Positions 26,701 to 40,533 of a DNA stretch of 64,000 nt are shown piece by piece (the first letter of the stretch is position 1; every line of letters starts with the position of its first letter). Source of the stretch: Catajapyx aquilonaris (taxonomy: Eukaryota). Made by a program: the position numbers and the translations under genes. The notes under the pieces were generated by a model. The model was not told where the DNA came from. It did not search any database and saw nothing but the letters and a program-made list of their open reading frames with translations. Where the stretch lies: the NCBI GenBank assembly GCA_000934665.2, contig KZ538100.1, positions 1-64,000 of the forward strand. The letters are read 5' to 3'.

Positions 26701-29700
26701 TATCTTCCCACACATTCCAAGGGGAAAGTCTGAGGTGCGCCCATTTCAATCATATTTTACACTTACAAGTTAGTTTCGGACCACTGGAGCTGATGAATTC
26801 TGTCTGCTTCACTGTATTTCAAGCATATATAAGCCACAGTGTATATTGTATTTAATTGGAGTCGATTTTTATTTTTTTGGAATGTTAACTGCGCCGACAT
26901 GTGCCGAGGCGTGCGGGCCAGTAAATGATGTTATCATCAGAGAGTGCGTACCCGAAAGGCCGGGACTAATTTTTGTGGAACAGCCAGATAGCATTACTAT
27001 ATACAGCCGAGTTGATATTTTTTTAAGGCGATTATTTCAGGTTGTACGCGAAAAACATGAGCGTAATTGTACTGTCCGAACTGCTCGGGCGAAGGGACAC
27101 GTGCGTTTTTTGGCCGGATTATTCCCGGTCCCCTCTAGTTGAACTGGCGGCGACTTATTTCCATTGAAATTGAACCGCTCGGAATATTTTTTTGCAAACA
27201 TTATTCAGCATTGTGAAAGAGCGCGTGCCAGTTTCATACGGGTATTCCTAATAAGGTTATTTATCATTCGCAATGGATCGACATGTAAGCCGCCAAGTGG
27301 TGGAAAATTATACTTAATTTGACATTAATGTACACGGTAATAGTTCATTTTCAATTTAATCTTAAGATGGTAATTTCAAAAGTTGTAATAAAATCAAATT
27401 AATTTAAAGTAAGTCGCAAACACTGATTTTAATTAATATATTCATCAATTTCATAATCAAATAAGAAATCAATTAAATTAACAAGAAACAATAACTGTAG
27501 ACTAATGATGAGATGGTAATAGGCACAAAAATGTTATGAATAAACAATAGGCCAGAAATTCGGTGCAGTAATAATCTGTTGTAAACAGGTTTACATGACA
27601 CAATTTTTTGCCATTTCCCTCACGTTTCAGGTGCTGTAGAGTAGAGTATATATCTATTATGGTTGATCGGTTCAAAGGTGGTCTAATATGTGTTCACACA
27701 GCTGTTGTTATATGCTGTTGGGGCTATTTGATGAAGTGGCGTGCCGTTGGATATTTAACAAGTTGTATCAAATTAAAAGTGATCAGCGTCAGTGTGTGTG
27801 TGTGTCTGTGTGGGGCGTGTTTTTCGCATACGCTTGTGAATCACATTAAGGCAGTTAAAGCACACTTTACACCTGCACATCAAGTCAGCCCCGGGGCGGG
27901 CTTTGCGTGCGAGGGGTTTAGTTGGGAGGGGGGAACTGGTTTTTTTGGGGGGTGGGTGGAGCACACAAATATAGTCCCTTCCCACACACACACTTGCGCA
28001 GGCAACTCACATATATAGAGGAGAAGATATAGATCAGTGTAATAAGATGATGAGATCGGGATTCCGTTTCTGCTTAATGAAAGTGTCGGCGGTTCATGCC
28101 GGCGGTGCATTTTGGGATTAAAATGTTGGGCAGGGATGAAGGGGGGGGGGGGGNNNNNNNNNNNNNNNNNNNNNNNNNNNNNNNNNNNNNNNNNNNNNNN
28201 NNNNNNNNNGGGAGTAAATTATCTCCTAATTACCCTATCGAAATTGCATGGGAATTAATTTTGTTCCAGTAGAAAGGGAGGCTGGGGAATAATGAGTTAC
28301 AAAAACGCTCCCCCACTTGCAGCAGCCATGCTCTCTCTCTCCCTCTTTTTATCCGGGAGGGCATTCCAGCAGTCCTGAATGCTGGACGCGGGGCCGCATT
28401 AATAATTTCGGGACCGCCATCCGCAAAGTATGCAGTTTTTGGCCCCCTTTGGATTAACCCCACTGGCTGCAGCAGCAGAGATGAGTCTGAAACTCCATGG
28501 AGGTTATGCGATTGTATATAATATGTACACCCCAATTACGCCCACGAAATAAAGTTTCGGGGACAAAAAAGACGGTGTGTGATGTGATGATGGCGGTTTG
28601 GTTGGGCCACGTCGCACGGTTCAAAACGGAAGCTCGGTTGGGTTCCGATATGTACATTTAAAAAACTTGGCAGAATAATAGGAATAATAATGCAAAGACG
28701 TCGGGGCAGTTGTTCACCCTTGTTTGGTTTATAGGGAGGGGGGGGGAGATGTCTGGTCGGAAGCTGGGAGCCTGTGGGAATAGAGCGTCCTTATTTCATG
28801 CCCAAGCGAGCAGCGACTCCATGAAACCCTTGACAAGCGGTTTCATTCCAGCCCGGAGACTCCGGATCGATTCCCGCACAACACACCCCCTCCTCTACCC
28901 CCTTCCAACCAGCACCACCCCCCCTTTTGCAGCAGCCTCCTGTCCAAAACAGCATGTCAAGGGGCCGACGGGGACCTGGGCTAAGCCTATACCTATTATC
29001 ATCCCTGATGCTCAACCCGCAAGCTCCATCTCTGCTGGCTCAGAGCCACACTCGCGTTACAAAAAGAGAGAGAGACGACCAGACTCATTGCAAGTTGGGT
29101 GCGTAACTCTTCCCGAGCAGCATCTTCAAGATGAGTGTGAAGAATGGCCGACACTTGTGGACGCGACGTGTAACAATGTCCGGGACACGCCCAACTTTGA
29201 CCTGTCCGCAAGGCGCCATCTTCTTCTGGCTCTTATAGGGTGCCATAAATTGAAGCAGAAGATGATGACCTCCACTCTCTCGCAACAAACTTGCACTCAA
29301 TTTTGTTTGCTATACGAAGAGGGGAGGGGAGGGGGGTTCGGAATCCGTATATTTCCTTCTCCAGCACTTCCAACCCCCCCTTACATTCTCCAGCACTTTG
29401 GAGTTGTTTCTGGTCTTGATGGGTGGTTCCTTATTGCCGCTGAGGAAGGAAAGGAAAAGAGCTCCACTTGATTTATGGTCGCCAATAACCGGAGCTGGCC
29501 CAATCCTTTTTCTGCTGCGGAGGAAGGAGGCGCTGTGGCCCGTAAAAAGAAATAATGTTACACTTCAACCATTATGGCTCATCGGTGCTCCACTGACCCT
29601 GACCCCGAAGATTTTTCGAGCCGTTTTGTTTCTTTCGAGGGACACACGATGGATATATTGTAGTAGCAGTTGTGCCTGTATATACGTATGGCCTATTTTG

Positions 29701-32700
29701 CGGGGGTTGTGCTGCTTTGCATAATTGTATTGTTCGGCAAAACAAGGTTATTGCTCTGTTGTTTTCAAGGGGTCCTTTCGCACACCGCATCCCTACGCTA
29801 TCCAAATACCGCGTTTTATAAACCATCATTAACCGTGTAATGCGGATGGTATGTCAAGTTATACACAGTGTTGCGGATGAGAAGGGTTCGATACTCAATC
29901 TGCACTGTATACAGTATACAGGGTGCTATCGTGTATGAGCACAATTTCTGGATTATATCTCGATTGCCGACTATAGTTCCCCCGCACGTGATGATGATGA
30001 TGATGATATGAAGTGGGAATAAATGGCCTTGTGGAAGGTCATGCGCACGTGAAAGGCGTTGATTGGAGGCCGGCCATTAACGGCGCATAAATTAGAATAA
30101 GAAACGAGGCCCGGTGTAATGAACCAGACGAAAAAGAAGCCGACAGTCTGCGTGTATGTGCTGATGGCTGAGGTATGCCGTCTAAAGTGTCTGGCTAGAA
30201 CCGTTTTGCCGGCTTAGCGAGCGAGCAAAGCAAAGCAAAGCAAGGTTCCCCCGTGATTAGAATGGAGGCAGCAGCAGAAGTTGTAAAGCGCAGTTCCATT
30301 TGTGGCCGACGGCCTAATACATGAAGCGCGCATTCTCCTCATTAATTAATGAGCTCTCTTCTTGCTCTGAGAGCCAAGAGTGTATGTCTGTGTGTTAGAT
30401 GAAAGAGGAGGTAGGGTAGCCTCGGTGGAATGCTCTGTGTGCTCAACTCTGGCTAATACACCGCATACCTCTGGTACAAAAGGACACCGTCCTGCTGCTG
30501 GATTAGTGGACCTGCAAAGTTCTCTCTCTCTCTGCGTAGCCGGTACATGTTTGCCATACCGGCCATCACTGGCACACCTTACAGGATAGGAGCCAAAAAA
30601 AAACGCCAATCGACCAGAGTCGGATTGAGTCCCGTTGAGCTCTTTTAAAAGGGGGGAATCGAAGATGGCGATATTAGAGAGGGGGGGCCATTTGGGAAGA
30701 AGCAATTGCTGCAGTACAGCTATAGGAAAGCGGGGTATATGGCTGGCTGGCTGCTTGGCTCACGGTATAGTAAGCATTCTCGTCTGGCTGGATCCATCCA
30801 GGCGAGCCTCGGGAAAAGGGAGGGGGGGGGGGGGNGGGGGGGCTTTGGAATGAAAATTTGGCCTTTGAGATTCCGCGAGTGATTTGGCCAAAGGTGGAGG
30901 GAGGGAGAGAGAGGCCTATATAAGAGAGAGAGAAGCGTGATTTGAGCCGAGGAGGGGGTGAATGTGGAAACGAGGCACGGACTTGGAAATTGGTGCCGGG
31001 ACGTCGTCAGTGCTCCAGGAATGTCTTTCCAGTCATTAGCATCCGGCTTAATACCTGCATGCTGCTGCTGCTCCAAGACTCTTTGGAACTTCCGCTCTCG
31101 CAGCAGCTTTATAATAAGGTCTCTCTCTCTCGTAGTTGGTGGGAGCCTCAGATCCTTGCCAAGTGCAATGACCCATAGTGTATTGGGCTAGGTCCTTCCT
31201 GATGGGGCTGGAGGGAAAAAGAACCAGTGTGGCTAAATCCATGCTGGAAGGAGTAACCCGGGTGTAATGGAGAAGAATGGCTTTACTGCTGCTCGTTGGA
31301 ATTATGTGACGACTTTCCTCTCTCTCTCTTCCTGGTGGAAGCTGAGGAGGTGTGCGCCTATTAACGCCGGTGTTCAACTGCGTGGGACTCGCTCCAAAAG
31401 GAGACTGTAAATCGCACTGCTGCGATGCCTGACTGGGGCGTAATCGCTTCTGCCTACCGCCTATTCACACAGTCGTTAAGCCGGATTCCTGCATTCATTT
31501 TTATGGCGGAGCTCCGCTACTTTATGCTGCTCTATGCAACAAAAGCGGTGTATTTTTGCTTGTTAAAAATAAGCTGCTTAAGAGATGTTTTTTTTTTTGG
31601 AACGCGAGAGCATAATTAGTGCGTGTGTGCGTCTTGTTACCGCATAGTGCGAGATGGGCGTTTGACACTGTCTTATTAGTTGCGTTGCATGTTCGTGAAT
31701 CATCGGGACCCGGGTTTGGAGGAGCGGAGCCTGACACGCGTTTGCTCGCTTGAAGGGTCAGGAACACTGCCAGAAAACCAACCATCCAACCAGCAACCTC
31801 TGGCTGGGGTTGGAAACCCGATGCCACCCTCGACTTTGTATACAGCCAGCTCGTGTTCTATCCCGTCGGAATCCTATTTTTATCATCTTCATACACTTTT
31901 TTAAAAATAAAAAAATGGGCCACCCCCCTCTGTGTATCAGTTTCGAGAACAGTTTGATCCAGCAACAAAAGAGAACGGATCTGCACAACAATGAGGTGGA
32001 TGGCCAAACGTCATCTGGTGGCGTGAGTCACACAGCAACAAAGTCACTTCCCCCGCCCTTACAATTAGTCGGATCCGATCTGGGGGAAGGTTTTAATCCT
32101 CTTATGAGAGTGGAGATCAAAAAAGGGGGGTTTCTGTCGCAGCCTCTCTCTCTCTCTTTCCAGTCGGGAAGAACCGGTCCGGCTGGTGTTGTCGGTGACT
32201 GGATGGTGCCTCTTACGATAACACCCAATTGATTCCGGGAACGACAAAGACCTGTCTCTCTCATTCAGTCCATCCGACGCTCTTATCAGCTCCACGACGC
32301 CATAATGAAGCTGGAGAAATCAATCAATCCGCCGCTGGAAAAAAATAACTGCTATTGTTGAACTTTGAATTTCTACACGAGTCTCTGGCCGGTTGTTTAC
32401 GAGGTAGATCCGGCAAGGGCCGCACGTGGCCGAGCTGCGCAGATATTCGATTGATCAGGGCTAATTGGGGCAGATAGGAAAAGGGCCTTGGCATCACTTG
32501 ATGTACTCACTGGGAAGCTGCAGGCCACTAATATATTGTTACCGGGGCTCAAAGGCTGCTGTCGGCTCCGTTTCACAGATGCGCGTCACGATGAGATTGC
32601 AAAATAGGAGTAAGGCAATATACTTTATGATCACTTCTACGGTTCAAAATCTGGTAAGGAAGCAGCTGCCGGGTGGCGCACACTTGTTGCGATTTACGTG

Positions 32701-35700
32701 CCAGGTTTGCCTTTTTTTTGTGTGTGTATGTTCAGATCCGGCTGCTATAATATAAGGCCAATAATAAGCGCGGCTCGCAAGCTGTAAACTAAATAAAGCG
32801 GCGCTCACTTGAGATGTAGTCTCGCTAATAACCCTTCTGGCTGAGCCTCTGGCCGTCTTCCAGCCACGTCCGCAAGACTACTTAACGGCCCGTTTCTCTA
32901 TACATACCAGACTATATAGGCGCGTTTTCTTCTTTCTTCCTTTTTTTTTTACTCTAGCGGTCCTTAACATTCCGGCGGGCCAGAATAGCCGCTTTTCGCC
33001 AGAGTTAGCAAATTCTAGGCCACTTTTCGTCGGCGATTGCGCAGCTTGGGATTATGAACAAGGGTTGGACAGGCCTACCAAATAAAATGCGATTTTTGTT
33101 CCCAGCCAGAGCTCCACTCTTGGACTGTGTGTCTGGTAGTTAGAAGCCTCTTGATTGGGTCTCCTCCCTCGGGAAGCCATCTGAATGGGAGGCTTTGAGT
33201 TGTCCTCTGGGGACCACCGAGGGAACATGCACCAGTTTCTTTCCCTTGGCAGCCACTTAGCACGACCCCCATCTTTTTTCCTATAGCCCCAGCATCCTGC
33301 GCACGCTCGCATCTTTCTCCACTTTGTTTATCTTGAAAGGGTTCCAGCCTCCCACAGTTGACGGGGGTACAACAAAAAAAAATGCATACATGAAAGGAGA
33401 TCGGGGGGAGATGGAGAGGGGCGGCTAAAATCATCCCGTGTTATATACCCTCTCCATCAGGCCCATTTAACCCGAGCTGCAGCTGGGGAGGGGTTGGAGG
33501 GGGAGGCCTTTTTGCTGATGATGGCCGACTCATTACTGCGCCCCAAATATTCCGGCTGGATCATTATTGGGGGGGCAGCCGCTGTTATGTCGGATTCGAG
33601 CAGGTGCAGGCGGGGTGCTGGAAATAAGAACAGGTTTATTGGTTGGAGATCGGCCATTCTGGTCCTGCAACACTCTCAGAGACGAGGGAGGTGATATATT
33701 TATTATTAGCAGGAGCTGTCCAATTACCAGTTTGCCCTCCAAACCGGATTGCTGCCGGTTGGCTGTCCAATAACATTTTCTATATAGTATAAAGCCGGGC
33801 CTTGTCCGATATTGGCCAGACGCTAATGGCGTCAGACTATCTTATTTTCCGTTATATCGCACTGGCCGCCCGTCGTTCCAAACAAATCTGCAGGCTTGGA
33901 ACACACTTAATATTTAGGAAACGCTACAGTGTATAGGGAGGGACCGCGACTAAAATCAGTGATCGCGGTTCGAGACGACCTGACGGATAGTGGCAGCACT
34001 TTTGAGAAGCTGTTAAACGCGAGAAAGGCGAGTGGTGGAAAATCCTCCTCGGATTTTCCACTGGAATCGTCGAAACTGGCAGAGAGGAGCTGAGGCGGCA
34101 GAAGAACAATCTCCTTCTCTCCTCCGTGTATATAGAAACCCACCGAGCTTCTAACTCGGTTTGAAGAAAGGAGAATGAGAGAGAGAGAGAGAGAGTTTCC
34201 TGGAAACACTGCCGGGAGGGGATGCCTTTTACTACCCGGGCCTTCCATCCGCCAAGTTATAAACCTTTACGCTAATAGCTCAGATGGAAATTTATGGAAC
34301 GTAAAACCGCACCAATTGTTTGCAGCTTCCCCCCCCCCCCCCACACCCTCCACCCCAACCCTTGTGCTACGTGCTATTGCTGCGAAATCCGGGACAACTC
34401 ATTTGGAGTTGGGGGTGCGGCCAATTTCCGGCTGTGCCTGCTCCGACTCCCGGCTCCGTATTTCACACTACTAGACTTTATGCGGCACTAATGACGCCGA
34501 TTATTGTCCTCATAACGATGCCGAACATTGTTATGATCAAGTAAACACCCCCTTTTCATGCAGGCAGCCTCCAGCATCTGCTGATGGACCACCGAGGCTC
34601 TCATCATCAGCAGGCGGAGGGATGTTCAAAGTGTCACCGACCCTCAATGTCTCAATATATATAAACACACATACACCTGCAGAGAGAGGGAGAGAAGTTT
34701 CCAATAATTGCTCACCCTGGCGAAATTGTTGCTTTTGGATTAGTCCGCATAATTATACTGCACGTTAAAAGTTAGGAGGTTTCTCTTGCAAACCTGTTTG
34801 GATAGCGCACCACCCTATGTTGCACTCCGGATCATATTTCATGCAACCTCAGTACTGTATACATACACCGGATACACGGAATTATTTACATTATATTGTT
34901 GGCTTCTATGCAGCGACGTTTTCTGCACTTTTGACTGCCTGCAGTGCTTCGTGTTGTAAGCAATAAATGTTGCATTTCCAATATCCGAATTATGAACTGG
35001 CTTTTTTCTACTTTTATTATAATAATCGGGGAATCAGAAATGTGTAGGACAAGGCTGATCTAGGCAGCAATGAGTTTTCCTCTTTTTTTAACCTCCCCTG
35101 CCGCGCACAATGATATGGCCTGGGGAGCCCTCCTGGGAAAGCACATTAATTTGGTTCAAAAAAGCATTATCGGAAGTAAAACTGCGAACACGCTTGGACT
35201 ATATTGCCGCGAATCATTTTGCAGGGCGTTTAAGGCATATAAACGCCACAATTGTGCATCATGCAGGTGTACACGAGTTGGGCCTGATTTTTAAATAACA
35301 TCAGGGCATGTGATTCTGAAACCAAACCGCGGGCTATTTTCTGTCCGACAATATGATTGTATAAATGGAGCGCGTTTATTTTTAAAATAAAAAAGTTGCA
35401 AATGTCGTTCCTGAAATATGTAGCAGCCGGCTCTTTTGGAGCATCCAGTTTGCCTAAAAATGACACCCTCTGTAAAGGGCTCGGCTTTATTTGGAAACAA
35501 TATGATTTCCTGCGAAAGCAAATGTGTTTGGCGGCTCCGTAACGAGCGTCACTAATGAACATATCCTGTTGACTAAATGCCGATCCTTCTATAGTTTGGA
35601 ACAACATTGTCGTCTTTAGTATAGGTGACTATTTTTTTTTAAAACTAAAAAAAGGTCCTCCCCACATCCATCATTTTGGAAGTTGAAGAAGAGGGGGGGG

Positions 35701-38700
35701 GAAGGGGTCCGAATAAAGTGGGAATGGCGAAGGTTGGGACCTGGGCTTAATTGCCTGATGAAGGTATTTAAAGTCGCGACCCGGCTGGCAATATGGCGTG
35801 CCAGCCTACATTTCATCAGATCCGGGCAAAGGCTTTTCTGGGAAATGGCTGGGGGTAATTACACGGGGCTTGCTCCCCTCCATCCCTTCCTCCCCACCTC
35901 CTCGTCTCTTTTTGCTTCTTTACGGCCACTCGTCGAGGCTAGGAAAATCTCATTAATAATTGGGAAGGATCTGAGCGGGCATAAAATTCGAGCCCAGGTC
36001 CCGCCAAACCTGCAGCTCTCTCTGGGTGTCGTGCCGTAGGAAAAGAGGGAAAGGGTTGGAGGGGGGGAGGAGGAAAAAAGGTTTATAGACTTGTCCCACC
36101 AAGTTGCTTTTTAATGGATTCATTAAGAGAGAAGGGGGGCTAGAGCTGCAGCTCCTTTTTTTTCCCAACCCGCAAAGCAGCACATGCTCACACACTGTTA
36201 TGACGTTTGCAATTTGCGCACCTTTATTCATCGGATTATAAGCTTGCCCATGGCGGCGGGGGAAAAAAAAGAAGGAAGAAACAAGAGGCAGGCCCCGGGG
36301 TCATTTCGTCTACTAATGAGGTTGGGAATGTCTTGTCCTTCCGTTCCCCTTTCAGACCAACGCAACGGTGGAGCATTATACACACACACACACAGAGCGG
36401 TATAAAAGGGATACATTATATTGCTATCAGACAGACCGTATGCTGCTTCCCATCTTGTTGAAAAGGAGCCTCGGGGAAAGGAACTGATCTACATTTTCTC
36501 ACACTTTTGCCTCGATTTAGGCTATAGGAGTATCAGTCTTCAACATTTTATATGTGATGGGAGGTTGGGTGGGGGCCCTCTTTTGTTGGGAGGATTCGGA
36601 GCCATTTATACTCAGGGTGGAGTCGGTTTCGGGGCTGAATTGATCAAAGAGGTGTGTTGATGCAATCTGGTCTATAGCAAAAGTCATCCCTTCGCAACAT
36701 GCACTATACAACGTGTCATGGCATATACACTATTCACATCCGGATCTGAAGAAATTCCGCTGGCAATTTCGCATAGTTATAGGAGTGTCGGTTGCACTGT
36801 AATCATCCCCTGCTGTAAGCGAACCGGTAAATTTATCTGCCTCGGCGTGTTAATCAGCGGCAAAGCAATGAATTAATGCCCTGTGACTGTCTAGAGAAGG
36901 CAGGAAGCAGCAGCGACTAACATTAGTCACGTGTATAGGCCTTATTTAGCGGACGTAATGAATTCGCATAATTTTTAAATGGGCTTCCGTTGTTGAGCAC
37001 GCTCGGTCTTTGCATTATAATGCCGAGTAAATCCGATCGGACTTTTTGCCTTCATTACACACGGGTATACCATGGGGGATCTCTTATTCCAAGTGTGTGT
37101 ATCCAAGCAGGGGGGAAATGTTGAAAGGCATAAATAAATTAGTTCAGGTTGGTGATAGGGTGTCATCCTGGGCCCGCATTCGTTAGCATTTTTATCTGCA
37201 AGCTCTTTTTTTTTTGCATGTGCGCTGCAAAGGGTGAGTGGGATTAGAACAATTTGAGCGTCTGAGGGAGGTAAAAAACCTTCCTCGTGTGGTGCTCAAA
37301 TCCGTGCCCACATTTCATAGGGTTGGAAAAAGTTGGCTGAAAATCTCTCTCTGAAACCTGTGTATATATACCTGGCAGCTTGTTGGAAGGGCCGGAGCTA
37401 AAAAGGCACCAGGGGGTTAGAATGATAATGCCGGTTGGCGCAACAACCACGCACTCAACGAACCTACATGGCTGCTGGGAGGAGAGGGGGGAAAAAAACG
37501 TGTAAAAAGGGGGGGTTGACTTATGCCCCCCCGTCCTGCGGCACTCAAATCACTTGAAATAATCCAGGGTATAAGGCGCAATGGTAGGATAATTATACCG
37601 GGGGATGTAGTGGCAATAATCCAGGAGGAATTAGTGGCGACCAACATATTCGGAGGGAGAGGTAATTTTTCACCTCTGGGGGGGGCCCTAGACCAAGGAA
37701 CAAAAAAAAAAATTAGAGAGACTATAGAGAGCCTGGACTGGTGTATAGTTGGGACACCCTCCCTCCCACAGCCTCCCTCTCTCGCTCTCCCCAGCCTGGA
37801 AATCTCGTGTTACACAACGAAGTGGGATTAAATTTACAAAGTCCCCTCTGCCGGTAGCTGGACTGCCTAAGTCAGCGTATAAATTCCCTCCTGCTGTGAT
37901 GCTGGAGTGGACGACGAGATATGCTGCTGGTCTGGTCTGGCCAAAAACCACTGGTTAGTTTAGTTAGAGGAGGAGGGAATGGGAGGGACGGGGGTCTGGT
38001 GGCGTTTTGCTGCCGACAACTAACTACTCCGGTTACCCGTTTCAAGTGAGCCAGAGTGTGCTTCCAGCCAGCCCAGGCCTGCGATGCTTGTCGCTTCTCG
38101 CCCACCCACAAACTTCACCTCTGGCTCATTACTATAGAAATTGCTGGTGTCCAGTTACCCCCAATATTGCAATATTGATGAGCTAGAATTGACACCTTGA
38201 TTATTTGTTGGCGCCTTTACTGTACTACCCTCTCATGGCTCGTGTCAGTCGAAAGAGACGTTTCAGAGACAAATGCACATTTGTAGTGTGCACTTGGTGC
38301 GGTTGGTACAGTGGCAGCCTCCGTCTGGCTGGTCGTGAGGAGAAGACAGAGCTAAGAAAGAAAGAGGAGTGTGGGCATTACATTATCGCTCCCAAGAAGG
38401 GCATCTGGGCTGAAGGGATCCGGTTAGGCGGGAAGTACATTTTGCTGTCCCCTCCATCCATCCATCCATCCTTCCATCCATCCATTTGTCCAATCTAGAT
38501 GCTGCTGGCTTCAATCCGCGCCCCAGAGAGAGAGAGAGAGAAAACCTTTTCCTTCCCCCTCTTCATCCCACCCACCCACCCACCCTTCTTGACGTCAGCA
38601 GGGCGTTTCAAAGAGATACCAAGCAGAAGGTGGATGGCTTCAATTGACATCTCACAGTCTCTCCGTCTGTACATTCTGGTAGGGTCGGTTGGGTTTCATG

Positions 38701-40400
38701 GTGTGGGCCCTGCTTTTGCCTTGCCTTGCCTGCTTGGCTGACAAGCTCGTTATTCAGGTTTAAGATCAGGTTAGACACGCAACTTCGTGTCTCCGAGGGC
38801 CAATTGGGGAGGGAAGTTGTTTCCAGCCGCAGACCCCGCATAGAATGCGGCTGCTGACAATGACGAGATCATGAGCCCATCAGACGCACACTGTCACGCC
38901 CTGTTTCTCACCACATTTCTCTGTACCTCCGCAGACATCACGAAATATGTTGGATCGGAAAGGAGACCTTCTGAGACACCGGGTGTTTTGAGTAGTCGCT
39001 TGTGTTACCTTTTTTTCCCCTGGCATAAGTTATAGTCCTTGATGGCAATCCGATGGCATCGTTGTCGGAGTAAAAGCCAAGTGAGCGGGGCAGGTCTCTC
39101 GGGAGAAAGATGTATGTGGCTCTTAGGGAGGCTGAAAGAGGGTGTTTAGCGTCGCCAAGGGACCTCATACACGCCTTTCATCTTGATGCTGCTGCCGGTG
39201 AATTACGTACATTCCCGCCAAGGAGGCGGCTAATTCCCTATCATTTTATCGTAATTATTAATTTATTGCCTCTAAATCACGGCCGGTGAAAGTAGCCACC
39301 TCACGACTGATGGGCCCGCACTTGAAACCTGGGAAGGAAAAAAATTATAAGAAAAACGCCACGTTCGATAGCGAGATAACGGACCAAAAAAATGCACATG
39401 GCCAATATTGGATGCAAACAATTTACATTGTCGGAAATTGAGTTAAGGACGAAAAGAGGAAGATCCAGCCAAGAAATCTTGGCACCCTCGCGAAAACACT
39501 TGCGGGCCCTTTTTTTTTTTTTTAAAAAAAAAAAACATCCTCCCAAATTCCGAGTAGCTGTTTCGAAATTGGGTGAGTATATAGGCCGGAAGCGGCGCGG
39601 AGCTGCAATCTGTTGCTTCTAAATAGGGAGTGTAAATCGTCTAATCAGGGTTAGCTGCTGCTGGCTTGCCTGACTGATTCGCGCAGGTTTGCACAAACAA
39701 ATTGCAACCCAGTTTTAAAGGGAGCTTAAAGGGCCATTCCACCAAATTAACGCCCATCCACTTACCACTTTTTTTTAAACCTCCTCGAAGTAATTGAGAG
39801 CTATACACCTCTCACTGCCAACCGGAATGTCATTAAATTTTTTTCTGGTCTCTTTGCAAAAGTGACACTTGCCAGGAGGGCAAGTAGTGTATAATCCCTG
39901 TCCCTTGATGGACCTGAACCCGTCCAACACGGTGGACCGGTATACACGTGTAATGTATAAGGTCGTGCCGGAGTCTCTCTTCCTGTTGATGATGGCCAGC
40001 TCCGCAACACAGCATAGTCTAGAGCAAGCGGCAATTGGAGGCTGCCAGTTGGCGTAATGGACTACTTTTCCCGGCCAACAATTAATTCCAGTAGGCAAAC
40101 ATGTGGCTTGTTTTTGCTCTCAAAAGCAGCGTCAGTAATTAACTCTTGCCAAGCCCTGCTTGTTTTCGGATGTGTCTGCTGCTTTTGCCCCCTTTTATTT
40201 TGCCCTCCTTCCCTCACTCACTAGCTCCAGACAGCTCCAGACGACCCTTGCATTTCAACCGGGGTGAGAACATGCGTTCAATGCACTCTCACCAGTCGGG
40301 ATATGGTGATGGTGGCTTGGGCATTTACACTAGTGAACCCTGTGCCAAAATTTGTCAAAACCTATAATAAGTATGGAAGTGACAATCATACTTGTGGCAC

Positions 40401-40533
40401 GCCTATTTACCACGTAGTACTATTCTTCACGCATAGATGGAGCATACTCCCTCTGTACACTACTGCCAACCTCAGTTGTGCGGGAGATAGCGGTACTATC
40501 AGGTCGGACAAACATCCGGCCTATTAAGGAGAA
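40401..40533 (-). repeat. Dispersed ~140-bp repeat family, copy C (inverted orientation)
   Basis: The reverse complement reads ...gatgtttgtccgacctgatagtaccgctatctcccgcacaactgaggttggcagtagtgtacagagggagtatgctccatctatgcgtgaagaatagtactacgtggtaaataggc, colinear with copy B. Confidence 0.85.

Noticed and set aside
28710..29471. Longest ORF in the track (253 aa)
   Set aside because: Non-ATG start, no recognisable domain, no codon bias, and it crosses simple repeats; consistent with chance.
34035..34061. Perfect 11-bp stem hairpin gtggaaaatcc-tcctc-ggattttccac (terminator-like)
   Set aside because: Eukaryotic context, no U-tract, no second hairpin copy; too short to assign.
35146..35170. LIWFKK as the missing helix-3 exon
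   Set aside because: It lacks the invariant N51 and R53 and has no suitable acceptor in phase.
38162..38177. 16-bp perfect palindrome caatattgcaatattg
   Set aside because: A simple tandem doubling of a palindromic 8-mer; about one such palindrome is expected by chance in 64 kb.
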